In this document: in pieces, positions 17,918-28,960 of the stretch | Position numbering within the stretch: position 1 is the stretch's first letter | Layout of the letters: each line of letters opens with the position of its first letter | Source of the DNA: a virus | Length of the DNA stretch: 64,000 bases | Strand: one strand, 5' to 3' | IMG/VR virus record: IMGVR_UViG_3300050821_012250 | Span: 9,382 to 73,381 of that record | The notes under the pieces: model-generated | Database searches by the model: none | What the model was told of the DNA's origin: nothing | The model's input: only the letters and a program-made list of their open reading frames with translations | Program-made: the position numbers and the translations under genes

Positions 17918-18098
17918 TTTTCAGTCTTCTTCAGCAACAATAAATTGTGATGAATCTTGTCTAAAGCCATCCGTAGTGTATCGCCATCGCCAGCATCAGG
18001 CGCCGATCCAGAATTCACTATTTCCGCCTTCACGCCAAGAAGCTCAACAAAATCGTCGTTGATCTGATGAATTTTGTCGCGCGTCGCGTCCTGTAAAA

Positions 18099-18377
18099 TC
18101 ACTTCTGAATCCTCCGCGCCGCCGCCTCCAGCTCAAAGCTCTTCAGCTCCTTAAAGCTCATGCCGCTGAGTGACGGCATGACCTGCAACTGCTCCGGTAG
18201 AAACTTCTCGCGCACGTAGGCGCGCTCCTCGGTCTCAAACCATTGGCAGATCACATACGCCTTGCGCTCGATCTCATAGCCGAAGAGTTTGAAGCTGTGA
18301 GCTTCCTGGGAGCGCTCGATGACCATTAGAGGGCCACCGGATTTCAACTGGACCACATCACCAAGTTTCATGGACAC
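18099..18377 (-). CDS. YodC/DUF2158-like protein with a C-terminal extension
   Basis: GDVVQLKSGGPLM.I and CQWF...F..EQL signature. Confidence 0.75.
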   Translation of the reverse strand: MSMKLGDVVQLKSGGPLMVIERSQEAHSFKLFGYEIERKAYVICQWFETEERAYVREKFLPEQLQVMPSLSGMSFKELKSFELEAAARRIQK

Positions 18378-19905
18378 ACTCCTTCAATTTCATTTTTTAA
18401 TTGAATCAGCCGCTCGCATCTAAGATCATTCCAGCAGATGCCGGACATTCGCGTTTATCGAGTGGCGTATGGCTTTCATGCCAATAGCCCGAAGTCACGC
18501 ACCAGGTAAATTCGCAATAGATACATTTTCTGCATGCCATTGCATCATATTCTGAATCGCATATTGCCCACGCATCGCTCCAGCGATGATTCGTCAATCC
18601 AGATTGCGGATAAATAGATGTCATTTCGTCCCCGCCAACCATCGATCCCGCGCTCGACTCAACTCGCGCCAGACTTCCAATGGATAGCCGCATTCGTGCA
18701 TGCGGTGCTCATGCCAAAGAATGAAGGCGTCGCGTTCTTGGCGGGTCATTCTGTTTCCTCATTTGCCGAAGGCGGAATGATTGTAACCAGCGGCCATACT
18801 TCTCCCACCGCAATGAGCCTTTTCTCAGGATCATCATGAATATCAGTAATCGCTATCCAAACTGCTTCAATTGATTCAGCGACATAATACAAGCGGCATT
18901 GCTTGATTTCTGTTTCGGAAATACCGGGCACCTTGATGGTGCGGCCGTCTTGTTCGTATCTGACTTCGAAAAGTTTCATGCTTTGACTAACGCGAGTTTC
19001 ACCGCGCCCTTCACGTTCGTTGTTGGATCAACCAGTGCGTCTAAATCGGCTACGCGGAGCATCCCGAGCTTAAAATGGTCTCTCGTCCCTCCACACTTCT
19101 CATGTCGTTTGAAGAACTTCTCCGCGACACGCTTCTCGGCGCAGTTTTCGTACTGGCCATCGGTGCGGGAAGCGTAAAGCAATGCATCCGACGCATTGGC
19201 GCCACAGACCGTGCATAGAATGTAGAGGCTGTTGCCGAGGATCTGGGGAGTGCGGGAGTTTTCGGTCACGGATGCCTCTCAGGAATGCCATGCAAGGCAC
19301 GCAAATATCGTGTCGCGCGTTTGCGCTTCTCCATCATTAGTCTTTCAATTTCAGGCTGCGCCTGACGCAATGATTCTTCGGGTGTGACCTCATAGATAAT
19401 CGTGAAGGGCCAGAAGAATGGCAGGCATTTGCGATGATACAGCAGATGATAGATGTAACCGCGCCATTTCCATGTCAGGAATGCGGCCGACGGCGGAGGT
19501 CCAAACCATTGCATCACGGCTCAATCCTCAACAGCGCATATCCTTTCGGCAGCAAATGCCATGGCACTTTGCCGCGCGCCAGAATTATAGACCTGCAGGT
19601 ATCGCAGATTTCGAAACGATAAATATTCTTCATGCCGAAGGTTTGTTGGAAGCGTACTGCACCAGGTTTGTTGTGTTTGCATTTCAATTGCTTCGCATTG
19701 GGAATTGACACCAGCGGCACAGGCGGCTCCGGATCTTCCTCCACAATCGTCTCATCAGACTTTACCAGTCCCTTGGCGCCATCTTTCGAGATGGAAGAGC
19801 CTGCAATTTCCCACGGGCATGATGAATCCGCGCGGCGATATAAGCTCCACGCATAACCGCCCCAGACGTTGGGATCGAACCGGATCGCGACTTCAGTCCC
19901 GGTGC

Positions 19906-21063
19906 TCATGTCGCCGACCTCACCGATTCTGCTCCTATCTCGCGACGGCGCTTGCGTAGCCTGCTCGATGGAATCGATAAGTCCGAAGACTCGTTCCCGC
20001 ATACGGAGGCTCGACACCTGAGCCCGGTTCTGAGAATGTTCCTCGCGGCATTCACGTCGCGATCGTGCTCGGTACCACACTCCGAGCATTCCCAGTGCCT
20101 TACAACGAGTTGTCCTATTCCCGCCGGGCCGGAAAGGCCTCCGCAGTTTCCACAGACTCGCGTTGTGAATCTCTCGCTGACGATTTCCACAAACCTGCCG
20201 GCGTGCTCGCCTTTATACTGCAGTTGTGTTTTGAGCATCCCCCAACCGGAATCCAAAACGGATTTCGCCATCTTGGTTTTGGCTAGCTTGGAACTACTCA
20301 CATCGCCAATAATAATTTTCTGATAACTATCAATAATCGCTCTTGAGAACTTATGCAGGGCATCGGCACGACAGCGCGCTGCTTTGCGGTGAAACCGCTT
20401 CGCCTGGCGCCGATGACCGCGACGCTGAGCGTTGGCAAGTCGCTCAGCATAGCGATGAGTCCACTTGCCGGCTTCCAATCGCTCGCCGTCACTAGTAACG
20501 GCGATATCTTTTAGGCCCAGGTCAATGCCGACAGACTCATTTGGCGCGATTGTTATCTCGGCCGTTTCGATGATCGGCAGGCATAGCCACCAATCCCCCA
20601 TGGCGTCCTGCGCAAAGCAGCCTTGCTGCCACTTTGCCCCTTCGAGTCGATCGGACTCGAACACTCGAAAAGTCTTGCCGGCGAAACGCAGCGCATTTCC
20701 TTTGCGCTTGAGACTCTTTGTCTTAAACGGTATCCAACCTAACGACCGTCTCGATCCACGGCTTACGCGCCAATGCAGTTGAGTGCGCTTTGCCTGTTTG
20801 CGCTTCTGCGCATATTCACCGTTGATGCGCTGAATAGTGTCTGCGCCAATACGCACAAAGTGTTCTGTGGCGCCAGCACTCAGGTTGTTGAGATCAAATC
20901 CACTCAACCATTCCCGGGGTCCTACAAAAGGCTGCGCTGCCTTGGCGCTCACCTCATTTGCCCAATTCCAAACTTGGTTGACTTCAATCGCAGCAGCATT
21001 GAGCCACGCATAGGACTCAGAACGGACCTTCAACTTCAGGGTACGCGTAAACGAGAGCGGCAT
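19906..21063 (-). CDS. tnpB: TnpB-family RNA-guided nuclease (IS200/IS605-derived, no TnpA)
   Basis: GIDLG (RuvC-I); IIIGDV with a downstream VSERFTT; CxxC..CxxC zinc finger; HDRDVNAARNI (RuvC-III). Confidence 0.92.
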   Translation of the reverse strand: MPLSFTRTLKLKVRSESYAWLNAAAIEVNQVWNWANEVSAKAAQPFVGPREWLSGFDLNNLSAGATEHFVRIGADTIQRINGEYAQKRKQAKRTQLHWRVSRGSRRSLGWIPFKTKSLKRKGNALRFAGKTFRVFESDRLEGAKWQQGCFAQDAMGDWWLCLPIIETAEITIAPNESVGIDLGLKDIAVTSDGERLEAGKWTHRYAERLANAQRRGHRRQAKRFHRKAARCRADALHKFSRAIIDSYQKIIIGDVSSSKLAKTKMAKSVLDSGWGMLKTQLQYKGEHAGRFVEIVSERFTTRVCGNCGGLSGPAGIGQLVVRHWECSECGTEHDRDVNAARNILRTGLRCRASVCGNESSDLSIPSSRLRKRRREIGAESVRSAT

Positions 21064-22498
21064 GAGCGTATTATCTACTCTCATGGGCGCTCGCGCTCCA
21101 CTTTTTTGCGCAACTCGCTGATGGCTCGATACGTCATGTTTCTCGATAACCTCTCATCCCATCATCATCTGCCCGCATCTGCGCGAGCCAGTCACTGCGT
21201 TCTTCGCTGAGAAACCACATTAATCCGTAGACTGCGAAGACCCAAGGCATTTCGCTTCCTCCTCGGTCAAATAGCGCATGCCAGGCCAAGTAAATGGCGT
21301 GCCGTCAGCGACAGCCAATGCTACGAGAAACTCATAAACATCTGGCAATTCGGCGCCGAGCTTCATCCAATGCTCAGTCAGAAGACTTTTCGCGGTCACT
21401 TCTTTAGTTAGAATCATGGTTCATTAATCCTACTGCACAATCCTAGTCTGATTAGACCAGGTCCGAATATAAAGCTCCAATACGCGTCATATGCAGTCTT
21501 TCCATCTCCAACCCAAGTCCAATCATTAGGAATCTGACAAAGCCAGTAATTCGAGATGATCCGACGAATGTGAGGTTTACCCTTGGGTCTCTGCACGTTT
21601 CAATTCCTCTTTCTCATGCTCCAGCCGATACACCTCCGCCACAGCCCATTCCCACTCTGCCCGATCGACGTGCGCGCCGATCAGGCCTTGGCGGATGGAT
21701 TCGCGCAGGGCGGCGGAGGTCTTGGTCACTTCGACTTCCGCGTGGATGCGATCGACAGCAGCCGCTGAGCGGTGACCGCGGTATCTTTCGCGCGGCCGAT
21801 GCGGACGGCTTCCAGTACCTCTTTGGCCTCTATCGCATTTTTGGCGTAGACCGGCAACGGACTGCGCATTCCGGGTCTGCTTCTGCGCATCGCGCTTTTG
21901 ATCCTCGCATTTTTGCGCATCTCGAAGGGCGTTGAATTCACATGGCCGCATTCACGGCACTTCGATACGAAGTGCATCGTATCTTTCTGGCAGTCGGGAC
22001 AGAATTGCGTGGTGAAGTGTCGGACGCTCATTTCGGCGGTCCATTCCCAGCATTCTTATGCCAGCTGCGCGACATTGGATTACTCGGAACGTGGCGTTCA
22101 TCATGCACGGCGTTGCATTGGCAGGTGGCGCAGTGCTGATCAGTCAGACGTTTGGGAGAGGCGTTTATCGCCCCAACAGTTCGCGCAACCGCAATACCAT
22201 GCATGTCAATCTCGCCGTCTTTTCCGAACGCATGATCGTAACCCGCAGCGCGCATCTGATCGGCGATCTCGCGATAGGCCGCTTCGCTGAGCTCCATGAT
22301 GACATACGTATGAGTCATAAATTCACACACTCCCGGCACCAAAACACCCCACCCCGAATCCTACCACCGCCGGTCGGCTTCAGCAGCCCGCATTTGCGGC
22401 AGGTGCGGCGGATGAGGGTGATGGGGCAGTAGGTCATGCGCCCGCTCGGATCATCGCCTTGAAGAACAGGCCGAGGCCTGAGAGGAGGGTTGCAACGG

Positions 22499-22954
22499 TC
22501 ATACGTACTCCGCGTGTATTGCGCCTTCCGGCAACGGCAAAAGAACTCTCGGCGCATCGAAACCAGCATGGAATGCATCCTGCGCGAATTTATTGCGAGC
22601 GTTCTTGCGCAGTTCGCGCAGAACACGGTCGTCAAACATCTCCACGTCAGGAACCGTGACGCAGGAATGATTAAGAACTGGAACTCGGCCCCGAGCACGG
22701 ACTGCAGACTCCGGGAGATAGACCAGCGTGAACGATTGCACTGGGCCTTGCGGACCTTGAAACAGTGCATCATGGCGTACCGCATGAGCATCTGCATTGA
22801 TCATGTATTGAATCACCTCCCGCATCACAAAGTCAGACGGATACCAGCCTTCGCGCGGCGGCAGAAAGATCGACCGCTCAGGCATCAGTGATAACGGCAA
22901 GCCCGCACCAACCAGCGCGGCAGCCGTCATGCCGAAGAATTTGCGGCGGTTCAT
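22499..22954 (-). CDS. Hypothetical protein with a twin-arginine-like N-terminus
   Basis: MNRRKFFG followed by a hydrophobic stretch; GAGG RBS. Confidence 0.5.
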   Translation of the reverse strand: MNRRKFFGMTAAALVGAGLPLSLMPERSIFLPPREGWYPSDFVMREVIQYMINADAHAVRHDALFQGPQGPVQSFTLVYLPESAVRARGRVPVLNHSCVTVPDVEMFDDRVLRELRKNARNKFAQDAFHAGFDAPRVLLPLPEGAIHAEYV

Positions 22955-23105
22955 GATTTCCTCTCTTGCGCCATGCGCCTTAACACATGTTCAGGCGCCC
23001 GAACGAAACATCGATCGCACACCGTCAGCGTATATTCTTTCCACTGATGGCCAAGGAAAAGACAAGCCACCCGCAGGGATTTCCATTTGATCCAATCGCA
23101 GATTG

Positions 23106-23807
23106 TCATTTGGCCAATTCCCCCAACGCATTCCGATACCGCCCCATAATCTCCCCAGCTTTCAGCGCCGTTCCGATCCGCGAAGGCTTGATTGCCTGCA
23201 GCACAAACGCGAATGTCTTGTTGTCATCCTCTTGACAACACAACCTGAAATCCGCCTTGTAGATATTCCGGAAGTCCGACATCGGCGAGAGCTTGCCATC
23301 GCACTGGCGGATGTATTCGGACTGATCCAGGAAGGTCAGCGACTCGAGCGTGATCAGTCGCGTGTGCGACGGATCGCCCCATGCCCACGGCGAATGACGG
23401 GAGGGGACGGTCGCGCAGAGGTAGCCGTTGGGTTTGAGGAGGCGGTAGATTTCGGAGAAATCCCGAAAGAATGAAATGGCGTCGCCCTGCTGGCCCAGAT
23501 GCTCAAGCACCTCATACGCGTGAATCTCATCGAATGAGGATTCTTCAAGCATCCCGCCTTCGGATTCGTCATAGGCAACCGCCGTATATCGACCCGGCAC
23601 GTTGATATCGCGCGGAAAGCGACAATGGCCCCAAGGGATATTTCTCAAACTGCACAATACATCGGGATTGACATCCGGGTTGTGATCCAACGTCGTCAAA
23701 CACGCCCAATCATCCAACGGCCGCGACGGCACCTTCAGCCGCTTGTCGCGCGCGTGGCCGCTTCCGATGAGGAGCTCGCGGTAATTGCTCGCGTGTACCA
23801 ATGTCAT
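23106..23807 (-). CDS. Class I SAM-dependent methyltransferase-like protein
   Basis: LLIGSG, TTLD, SFDEIHAYEVLEHL, EIYRLLKPNG and DPSH motifs; ATG at 23807. Confidence 0.75.
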   Translation of the reverse strand: MTLVHASNYRELLIGSGHARDKRLKVPSRPLDDWACLTTLDHNPDVNPDVLCSLRNIPWGHCRFPRDINVPGRYTAVAYDESEGGMLEESSFDEIHAYEVLEHLGQQGDAISFFRDFSEIYRLLKPNGYLCATVPSRHSPWAWGDPSHTRLITLESLTFLDQSEYIRQCDGKLSPMSDFRNIYKADFRLCCQEDDNKTFAFVLQAIKPSRIGTALKAGEIMGRYRNALGELAK

Positions 23808-23954
23808 TCCTCTTTTTCTCGGTACCAAATCGTCACAACTATTGTCTCGTGTGAAACACCGGTAGAGCAAAGTGATGTATGCGTTTTGAAGATTTCTTCA
23901 TATTGCTCATCAAAAAGCCATCGGTTTACATCGCGTTCTAAGACATCCAAGTCA

Positions 23955-24170
23955 TCAGTTCCGACAGCGCATGTCTTCTTGAAAAGTATGATTTTCATCG
24001 GTGATCTCGTTTTGTTTCATTCGAACATCATGATCGTACACGAGCGCTTCGATGTATTGGCTCTTGCCTCTATAATCGAATTTGGCAACATTCTCCCTGA
24101 TCAGGCGCGCAACCTCCGAACTTACGAAGACGGAGACCTTTACCTTCTTGGGCTTCGGCTTTTTCGTCAC
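23955..24170 (-). CDS. Ribbon-helix-helix-like DNA-binding protein
   Basis: GTG start overlapping the TerL stop; KVSVFVS..V...I......KSQYIEALV. Confidence 0.5.
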   Translation of the reverse strand: MTKKPKPKKVKVSVFVSSEVARLIRENVAKFDYRGKSQYIEALVYDHDVRMKQNEITDENHTFQEDMRCRN

Positions 24171-25648
24171 GCCATCCACCCCTGTTCTTGCCCCTGATGA
24201 AACACCGACTGCTCCCGCTTCTCCACGCGCTTCTTCGGCTCGCACTCGGCGCGGGTTTTGGCGATGCGGCGCATCATCATGGCGTAGCGGGTGGCGGCAA
24301 GTAAATCGTCGTGTTCTTTCACGATAATACCGTCTTTGCGGTGATAAAGCTCGAATTCTTCCTGCCATTCACGCAATTCGCGGAAAACCAGCAGTCGGCC
24401 GGTCTGGAACCGCTCCAGCATTTCACTGATGCCCGCTTCGACGCCGTTGTCGCCGTTCTCAAAGGTCGAGTGCGTCATATGCATCTTGAGTCCGTGAGCT
24501 CGGTACATCTGGGCGAGCTGCGGCTGATCCTTCAAATCGAACTTGCCACCCGACTGCTTGCCGTCGTGCGGCCACGCCCATGGAATCCACTCACCCCAGT
24601 GTTTGACGGCGCTTGCAAACATCATTGGAGTTTGTTCTCGCTCGCGATGAATGGCGGTTACGTACAATTCATCGGTGTCGCGATTGAAAGCAAGACGCAC
24701 ACCGGCACTTGGATGGTCCCAGCCGAAATCAATGCCGCAGACTTGCGCCCAATGCTCAGGAATAGGAAAGCTATCGCATAGGATATCATCCAGCTTGATC
24801 GGAAATACCGCCCCCGATCCGCGCGACGGAATTCCTTTCGTACGCGCTTCCATTTCATGCGGTTTGTATGTCGCAATGATCGCTGCCCGATCTTCTGGAG
24901 AGAAGTGAGCAGCATCATCGATCGTCATGTTGATGACAAAACTACCGGGTACCTTGTCGATGATGAATCGACGCACAACCTCGGTAACTCCCATGAGCGG
25001 AGTGAATGTCATGAGGACGGGACCCATACCAACGTTGGTGCGCGTCAATATCTCAGTATAAATTCCGGGATCATCCATTTCTTCATCGCACCAGGCTCCT
25101 TGCAAAGTTTCGCCTTGGAATTTGGCCCTTCCTTGATTGTAGGCTTTGAATTGGCAGGTTGACTCAGTCCCACTGACGTGTTTGATTTTCACCATATCAA
25201 CACCATCAGCCACGGATCGATTGCGTGATGGCTCGCCAATGATGCAGTCTTTGGGGATCATGCCGGTTCCCCACTGGCCGACACGTCCCAATAGAATACG
25301 CTGCGGGTTATCGCGTGTTGACTCTGCGGTGATTCCCGCAACCCACCATGGACCACCTTTTTCGAAGCGCTTGCCTTCCCACCACTCGGGATAGCGGCCC
25401 GTTAAGTGCATCGCGACTTCGGCGCCTGCAGATAATGTTTTCCCGACCTGGTTCGCCGAGGCCATCAAACGTTCACGATATTTCGCACCAGCGGCATGGA
25501 ACTCAGCTTGCTTAGGATAGGGCTGATAGTTCGCGAGTTTATTTGCTGATTCGCGCCGATCCAATTCCCTCGGAATCTCTCTCAGAGCCGTCTCCAACAC
25601 CTCCGGCGCAATCTGGTCGAAGATTTCGTCGAGCGCGTCGAAGTTCAA
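24167..25648 (-). CDS. terL: Terminase large subunit
   Basis: PYPKQ.EFH, ASANQVGKT (Walker A), AWCDEE (Walker B), MTFTPL.G, GIDFGWDHP and DDLL.ATRYA nuclease motifs. Confidence 0.95.
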   Translation of the reverse strand: MNFDALDEIFDQIAPEVLETALREIPRELDRRESANKLANYQPYPKQAEFHAAGAKYRERLMASANQVGKTLSAGAEVAMHLTGRYPEWWEGKRFEKGGPWWVAGITAESTRDNPQRILLGRVGQWGTGMIPKDCIIGEPSRNRSVADGVDMVKIKHVSGTESTCQFKAYNQGRAKFQGETLQGAWCDEEMDDPGIYTEILTRTNVGMGPVLMTFTPLMGVTEVVRRFIIDKVPGSFVINMTIDDAAHFSPEDRAAIIATYKPHEMEARTKGIPSRGSGAVFPIKLDDILCDSFPIPEHWAQVCGIDFGWDHPSAGVRLAFNRDTDELYVTAIHREREQTPMMFASAVKHWGEWIPWAWPHDGKQSGGKFDLKDQPQLAQMYRAHGLKMHMTHSTFENGDNGVEAGISEMLERFQTGRLLVFRELREWQEEFELYHRKDGIIVKEHDDLLAATRYAMMMRRIAKTRAECEPKKRVEKREQSVFHQGQEQGWMA

Positions 25649-26047
25649 GCGAGTCGCTCCGACTCAGACCCTCCGAGATGAATGGTCTTGAGGACATGAG
25701 TAACGCCAGCATGTCCAGTAATGCGCGGACCTCCGGCACAATATAAATATAATGCCGTGGGTATGTTTGATGAATACGAGACGACAAACCAGAAGTTCTT
25801 CTGATCGTATCGATAGTGAGGTTTGATTTTCACCGCAACCGCCGCTTCCAATCGCCCGAATAATCGCGCTTCGGTTTGCCGATGCCCTGCGGCCAATAGG
25901 TTTGCGACAGCAAATAATCGCGCGTCTCGATCAATAGCTCGCGTACCGCATCGTGATTCGCCAGTTCAGGATTGAACAAACCACCGCTGGCCAGGTATCC
26001 GGTGATGCGGTCGATCAGGCGATCGCGTTGGTCGGAGGGTTTGGCGG

Positions 26048-26431
26048 TCACGGCGCCGATTCCGGCTTCACCGCCTCAACCGGCACCAGGTCGATCGCCT
26101 GCGCCCGTTTTCGCGTAACGTAGCTTTGTGCGACGGCCATCAGCAATCGCAATGCATCGCTATCCAGCTCGTCCAAGGCATTCGCCACCTCGAGCTCGCG
26201 CGGACAGAGTTTCACGATTGCGCCGACATAAGCGCGAGGATCTTCCTTGCAGAGCCGATCGATCGCGTCAACGCCGTGTTTTTCGAAGTGGGTCGACAGA
26301 GCGCTCAGGAAGTCGCCGGTAAGGCGACGACGCGCACCCTTGGCTTGACCTCCAGGATTACCTGATTTGCCCGGCTGAAACAGCCAAGGACGATTTGGTC
26401 GGGGATTTTCGACAGATTCGGAAATGCTCAC
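26048..26431 (-). CDS. Probable terminase small subunit (DUF5681-like)
   Basis: FQPGKSGNPGG..KG motif; upstream of TerL; start at GTG 26431 is tentative. Confidence 0.7.
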   Translation of the reverse strand: MSISESVENPRPNRPWLFQPGKSGNPGGQAKGARRRLTGDFLSALSTHFEKHGVDAIDRLCKEDPRAYVGAIVKLCPRELEVANALDELDSDALRLLMAVAQSYVTRKRAQAIDLVPVEAVKPESAP

Positions 26432-26523
26432 TGAAAAAATCTGCTGCTGTGAAGTAGCCGAAGGCGCGTATAGCACATCCGAAGCGGGAACGGAAGCAAA
26501 AAGAGGATTTCGAAGCCGCGTCA

Positions 26524-26689
26524 CTCCCAACCTCCCAACCTCCCAACCAAAAATCGATTTTCTAAAAGTTCCCCGTTTTTCTACCCCTCTATATAATACT
26601 AATAGGTTGGTAAGGTTGGTATATATATAAAGAAGGGGGGATACAATCAATGACTTACGCGTTCCCAACGCGATGGTAATCCGTTGGGA
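26524..26689. repeat. Iteron-like repeats and AT-rich spacer (candidate replication origin)
   Basis: CTCCCAAC x3 in tandem, inverted GGTTGGTA x2, a TATATAATACTAATA spacer and a TTCCCAACG/CGTTGGGAA inverted repeat, just downstream of the primase-helicase gene. Confidence 0.55.
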
Positions 26690-26699
26690 ATGATGGTAA

Positions 26700-28958
26700 T
26701 CACAGCTCAACCTCTCTGATCTTGATGTATTTCCAGCCATCACTGCGCCGCTTGCGCTCCCATTTAAGTGCCTGCAGGGCACTCGCAACACGCATCTGAT
26801 CACCGCGACTCCAGCGTCCTTCTTCGATGCGCAGCGCCTCAGTCAAAATCCTCGAAACGGTCAATTCTTCGAGCGGTTGTTTTCTCAAATACCATTCGTT
26901 TTTTTGCAGTGGATCGCTTGACCGCTCGTGCGTAATGAATTTCTCAATCAGTTCCTCCCAGGCATCCCGATCGCGGCGAGATTCCTGCTGAGCACGCGCC
27001 TCAACGCGTGGTACATCCCACCAGATTTCGCCGCGCTTGAATCGCTCTACCGCTTCCGCAAAGAGCATTGATTTCGATTTTTCCAGCCATTCCAGATCAA
27101 TCGTCGTGCAGCGGATCGGCCAGAAACGCCGTGCTCCAGTATCGCTGGCATTCCAATTATCGCGATTGGTGGTGCCCGCAAAAACGCATGTACGTGGATG
27201 ATCCTCCGCTCGGCGCCCATAGGATTCCCGATAACGATCGACCTGGCATGAAATAACACCTTTCAGACGATCGACATCCGCTTTACGGAAGGCATGAAGT
27301 TCAGATATTTCGACCAGGGCCTTTCCCTGGATGGATTGATAAAAATCCTTTGTTGTGATGGATTCGTGGCATTCCGCAAACCAGGGTGATCCGATGAGCG
27401 CGAGTGCTGATGATTTGCCCAATTCTTCCTTGCCTTCGAACACGGGCAATGCATCAACTTTTGCTCCGGGTTTGAAAATTCGCGCAACGAGGCCGACAAG
27501 CCAGCAGCGCCCTACCGCGCCGGTGTATTCGTCATACTCGGCACCGAATCCATCTGACATTAGATGGGCCAGCCGTTCCGTCCCATCCCATTCCAGAGAA
27601 TCAAGCCATTCGCGCGGCTCATTGCGGATATTTGATTCCGCGACCGCTTGGACGGCATGGCGGACTGGCTCAATAGTAAGTTTCGGAATATCGAGTTTCT
27701 GCTGAATCCAGATGAGCGCGCGAATATCGTCGCCATCGGTCCATTCACGTCTGGAATCGGCAGTTGCGCGAAAAAAGGTGCGCCGGTGAAACTCATCAAA
27801 CCATATTTTACCGGCAAATTCTGGATGCCCTTTCAGGATGGCCGTGACATTTACAACATTGGTATACGGGGTTTGATTACCGGTCTTCTGCAATCCAAGT
27901 TTGTCCCACCACGCATAAGCGGAGCCATCATCCTCTATCATTCCGGTTTCGGACACGGTAGCGCCCGCTGCCCTCAAGGGCTGCGCTCGTGTAGAGGCTT
28001 TTACCGCCGGTTGCCGGGCTCCCTCTTGAATTACTCCATCCTCGTCGACGACAAATGGAGTATTATCTTGAACAGGAGGAGAAACTTTTCTGCGGGATTC
28101 TCCATACTTACGGACAGCTGTTTCTGCATATCCCCCTACACGCTCGCTGAAGTTGACTCCGTCCGCGTTGAGGGAATTCGGTCCAAGCAATTCTCCAAGA
28201 AGGGCGGCGATATCCCCAGCCGTCATTCCTTTGGCTGCGAGTCGTGAGCTTAAAGAAAGGCAACTCTGATGCCGATCGTGCCCCTCCTGGATATTTCGCC
28301 GGAGCTGCTCATCCGTGGTCTCATCCCGCGCATGCGTGCCGTTAGCCTTGAATCCAGCGTAATACTGTGGCTCGAGGTCAACGGCCTGATCGACGCACCG
28401 ACCCTCGATCTGATACACCTGATAGTTAGCGCCGCGGACCCGGCCGATATAGAAGGATTGACTGAGCGTGAAGGATTCCCGACTTGCGATGCCCCCCAAG
28501 GCCCGATTGGCGCGCGCCAGATACTCACCCCGCTTCTCCGGTGGGGCGGCCTCCGAAAACGGCAGAATGGCGCGCCAGCGAGGCTTGGCGGGAATATGAG
28601 ACGGTGATGTGTAGATCACGGCGCGCAAGCGAGCCGCCTCCAGCATAGCTGCCCCGCGTTCAGGCGAAATCAGCTCACCGTCATAATCCAGCTCCGCTCC
28701 GTAAGCGCGCACCACGTTGGCGGCGTGCCGCAGGATGGGTTGCTTGGCGCTGTTACTGAGCAGTTCCCCATATTCGCAGAGACTGACCAGCGGACAATGC
28801 GCCTTGTCTGGGTAAGCTTCGCTGGCGCGGATCCTCGTTACCAATTCCTGCCATTCTACATCGGACCGATCAATCTTCGTCTTGGGCCATACGTCGGGGA
28901 AAAGTGTATAACTGATCAACAACTGACCAGTATCAGCGCTGTTCTGTGAAATCTCCAT
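26700..28958 (-). CDS. Primase-helicase with VapE-type P-loop domain
   Basis: N-terminal LDYD, YTSPSH..KPRWR primase-polymerase-like motifs; C-terminal WDG.ERL, EG..ELGKS, YR.SYGR, GTTN and TGARRFWPI. Confidence 0.88.
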   Translation of the reverse strand: MEISQNSADTGQLLISYTLFPDVWPKTKIDRSDVEWQELVTRIRASEAYPDKAHCPLVSLCEYGELLSNSAKQPILRHAANVVRAYGAELDYDGELISPERGAAMLEAARLRAVIYTSPSHIPAKPRWRAILPFSEAAPPEKRGEYLARANRALGGIASRESFTLSQSFYIGRVRGANYQVYQIEGRCVDQAVDLEPQYYAGFKANGTHARDETTDEQLRRNIQEGHDRHQSCLSLSSRLAAKGMTAGDIAALLGELLGPNSLNADGVNFSERVGGYAETAVRKYGESRRKVSPPVQDNTPFVVDEDGVIQEGARQPAVKASTRAQPLRAAGATVSETGMIEDDGSAYAWWDKLGLQKTGNQTPYTNVVNVTAILKGHPEFAGKIWFDEFHRRTFFRATADSRREWTDGDDIRALIWIQQKLDIPKLTIEPVRHAVQAVAESNIRNEPREWLDSLEWDGTERLAHLMSDGFGAEYDEYTGAVGRCWLVGLVARIFKPGAKVDALPVFEGKEELGKSSALALIGSPWFAECHESITTKDFYQSIQGKALVEISELHAFRKADVDRLKGVISCQVDRYRESYGRRAEDHPRTCVFAGTTNRDNWNASDTGARRFWPIRCTTIDLEWLEKSKSMLFAEAVERFKRGEIWWDVPRVEARAQQESRRDRDAWEELIEKFITHERSSDPLQKNEWYLRKQPLEELTVSRILTEALRIEEGRWSRGDQMRVASALQALKWERKRRSDGWKYIKIREVEL

Positions 28959-28960
28959 CG

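Noticed and set aside
26432-26803. N-terminal extension of the 251-aa ORF 26048..26803
   Set aside because: It runs through the repeat/AT-rich origin-like region and overlaps the primase gene; the TerS-like sequence starts only near 26431
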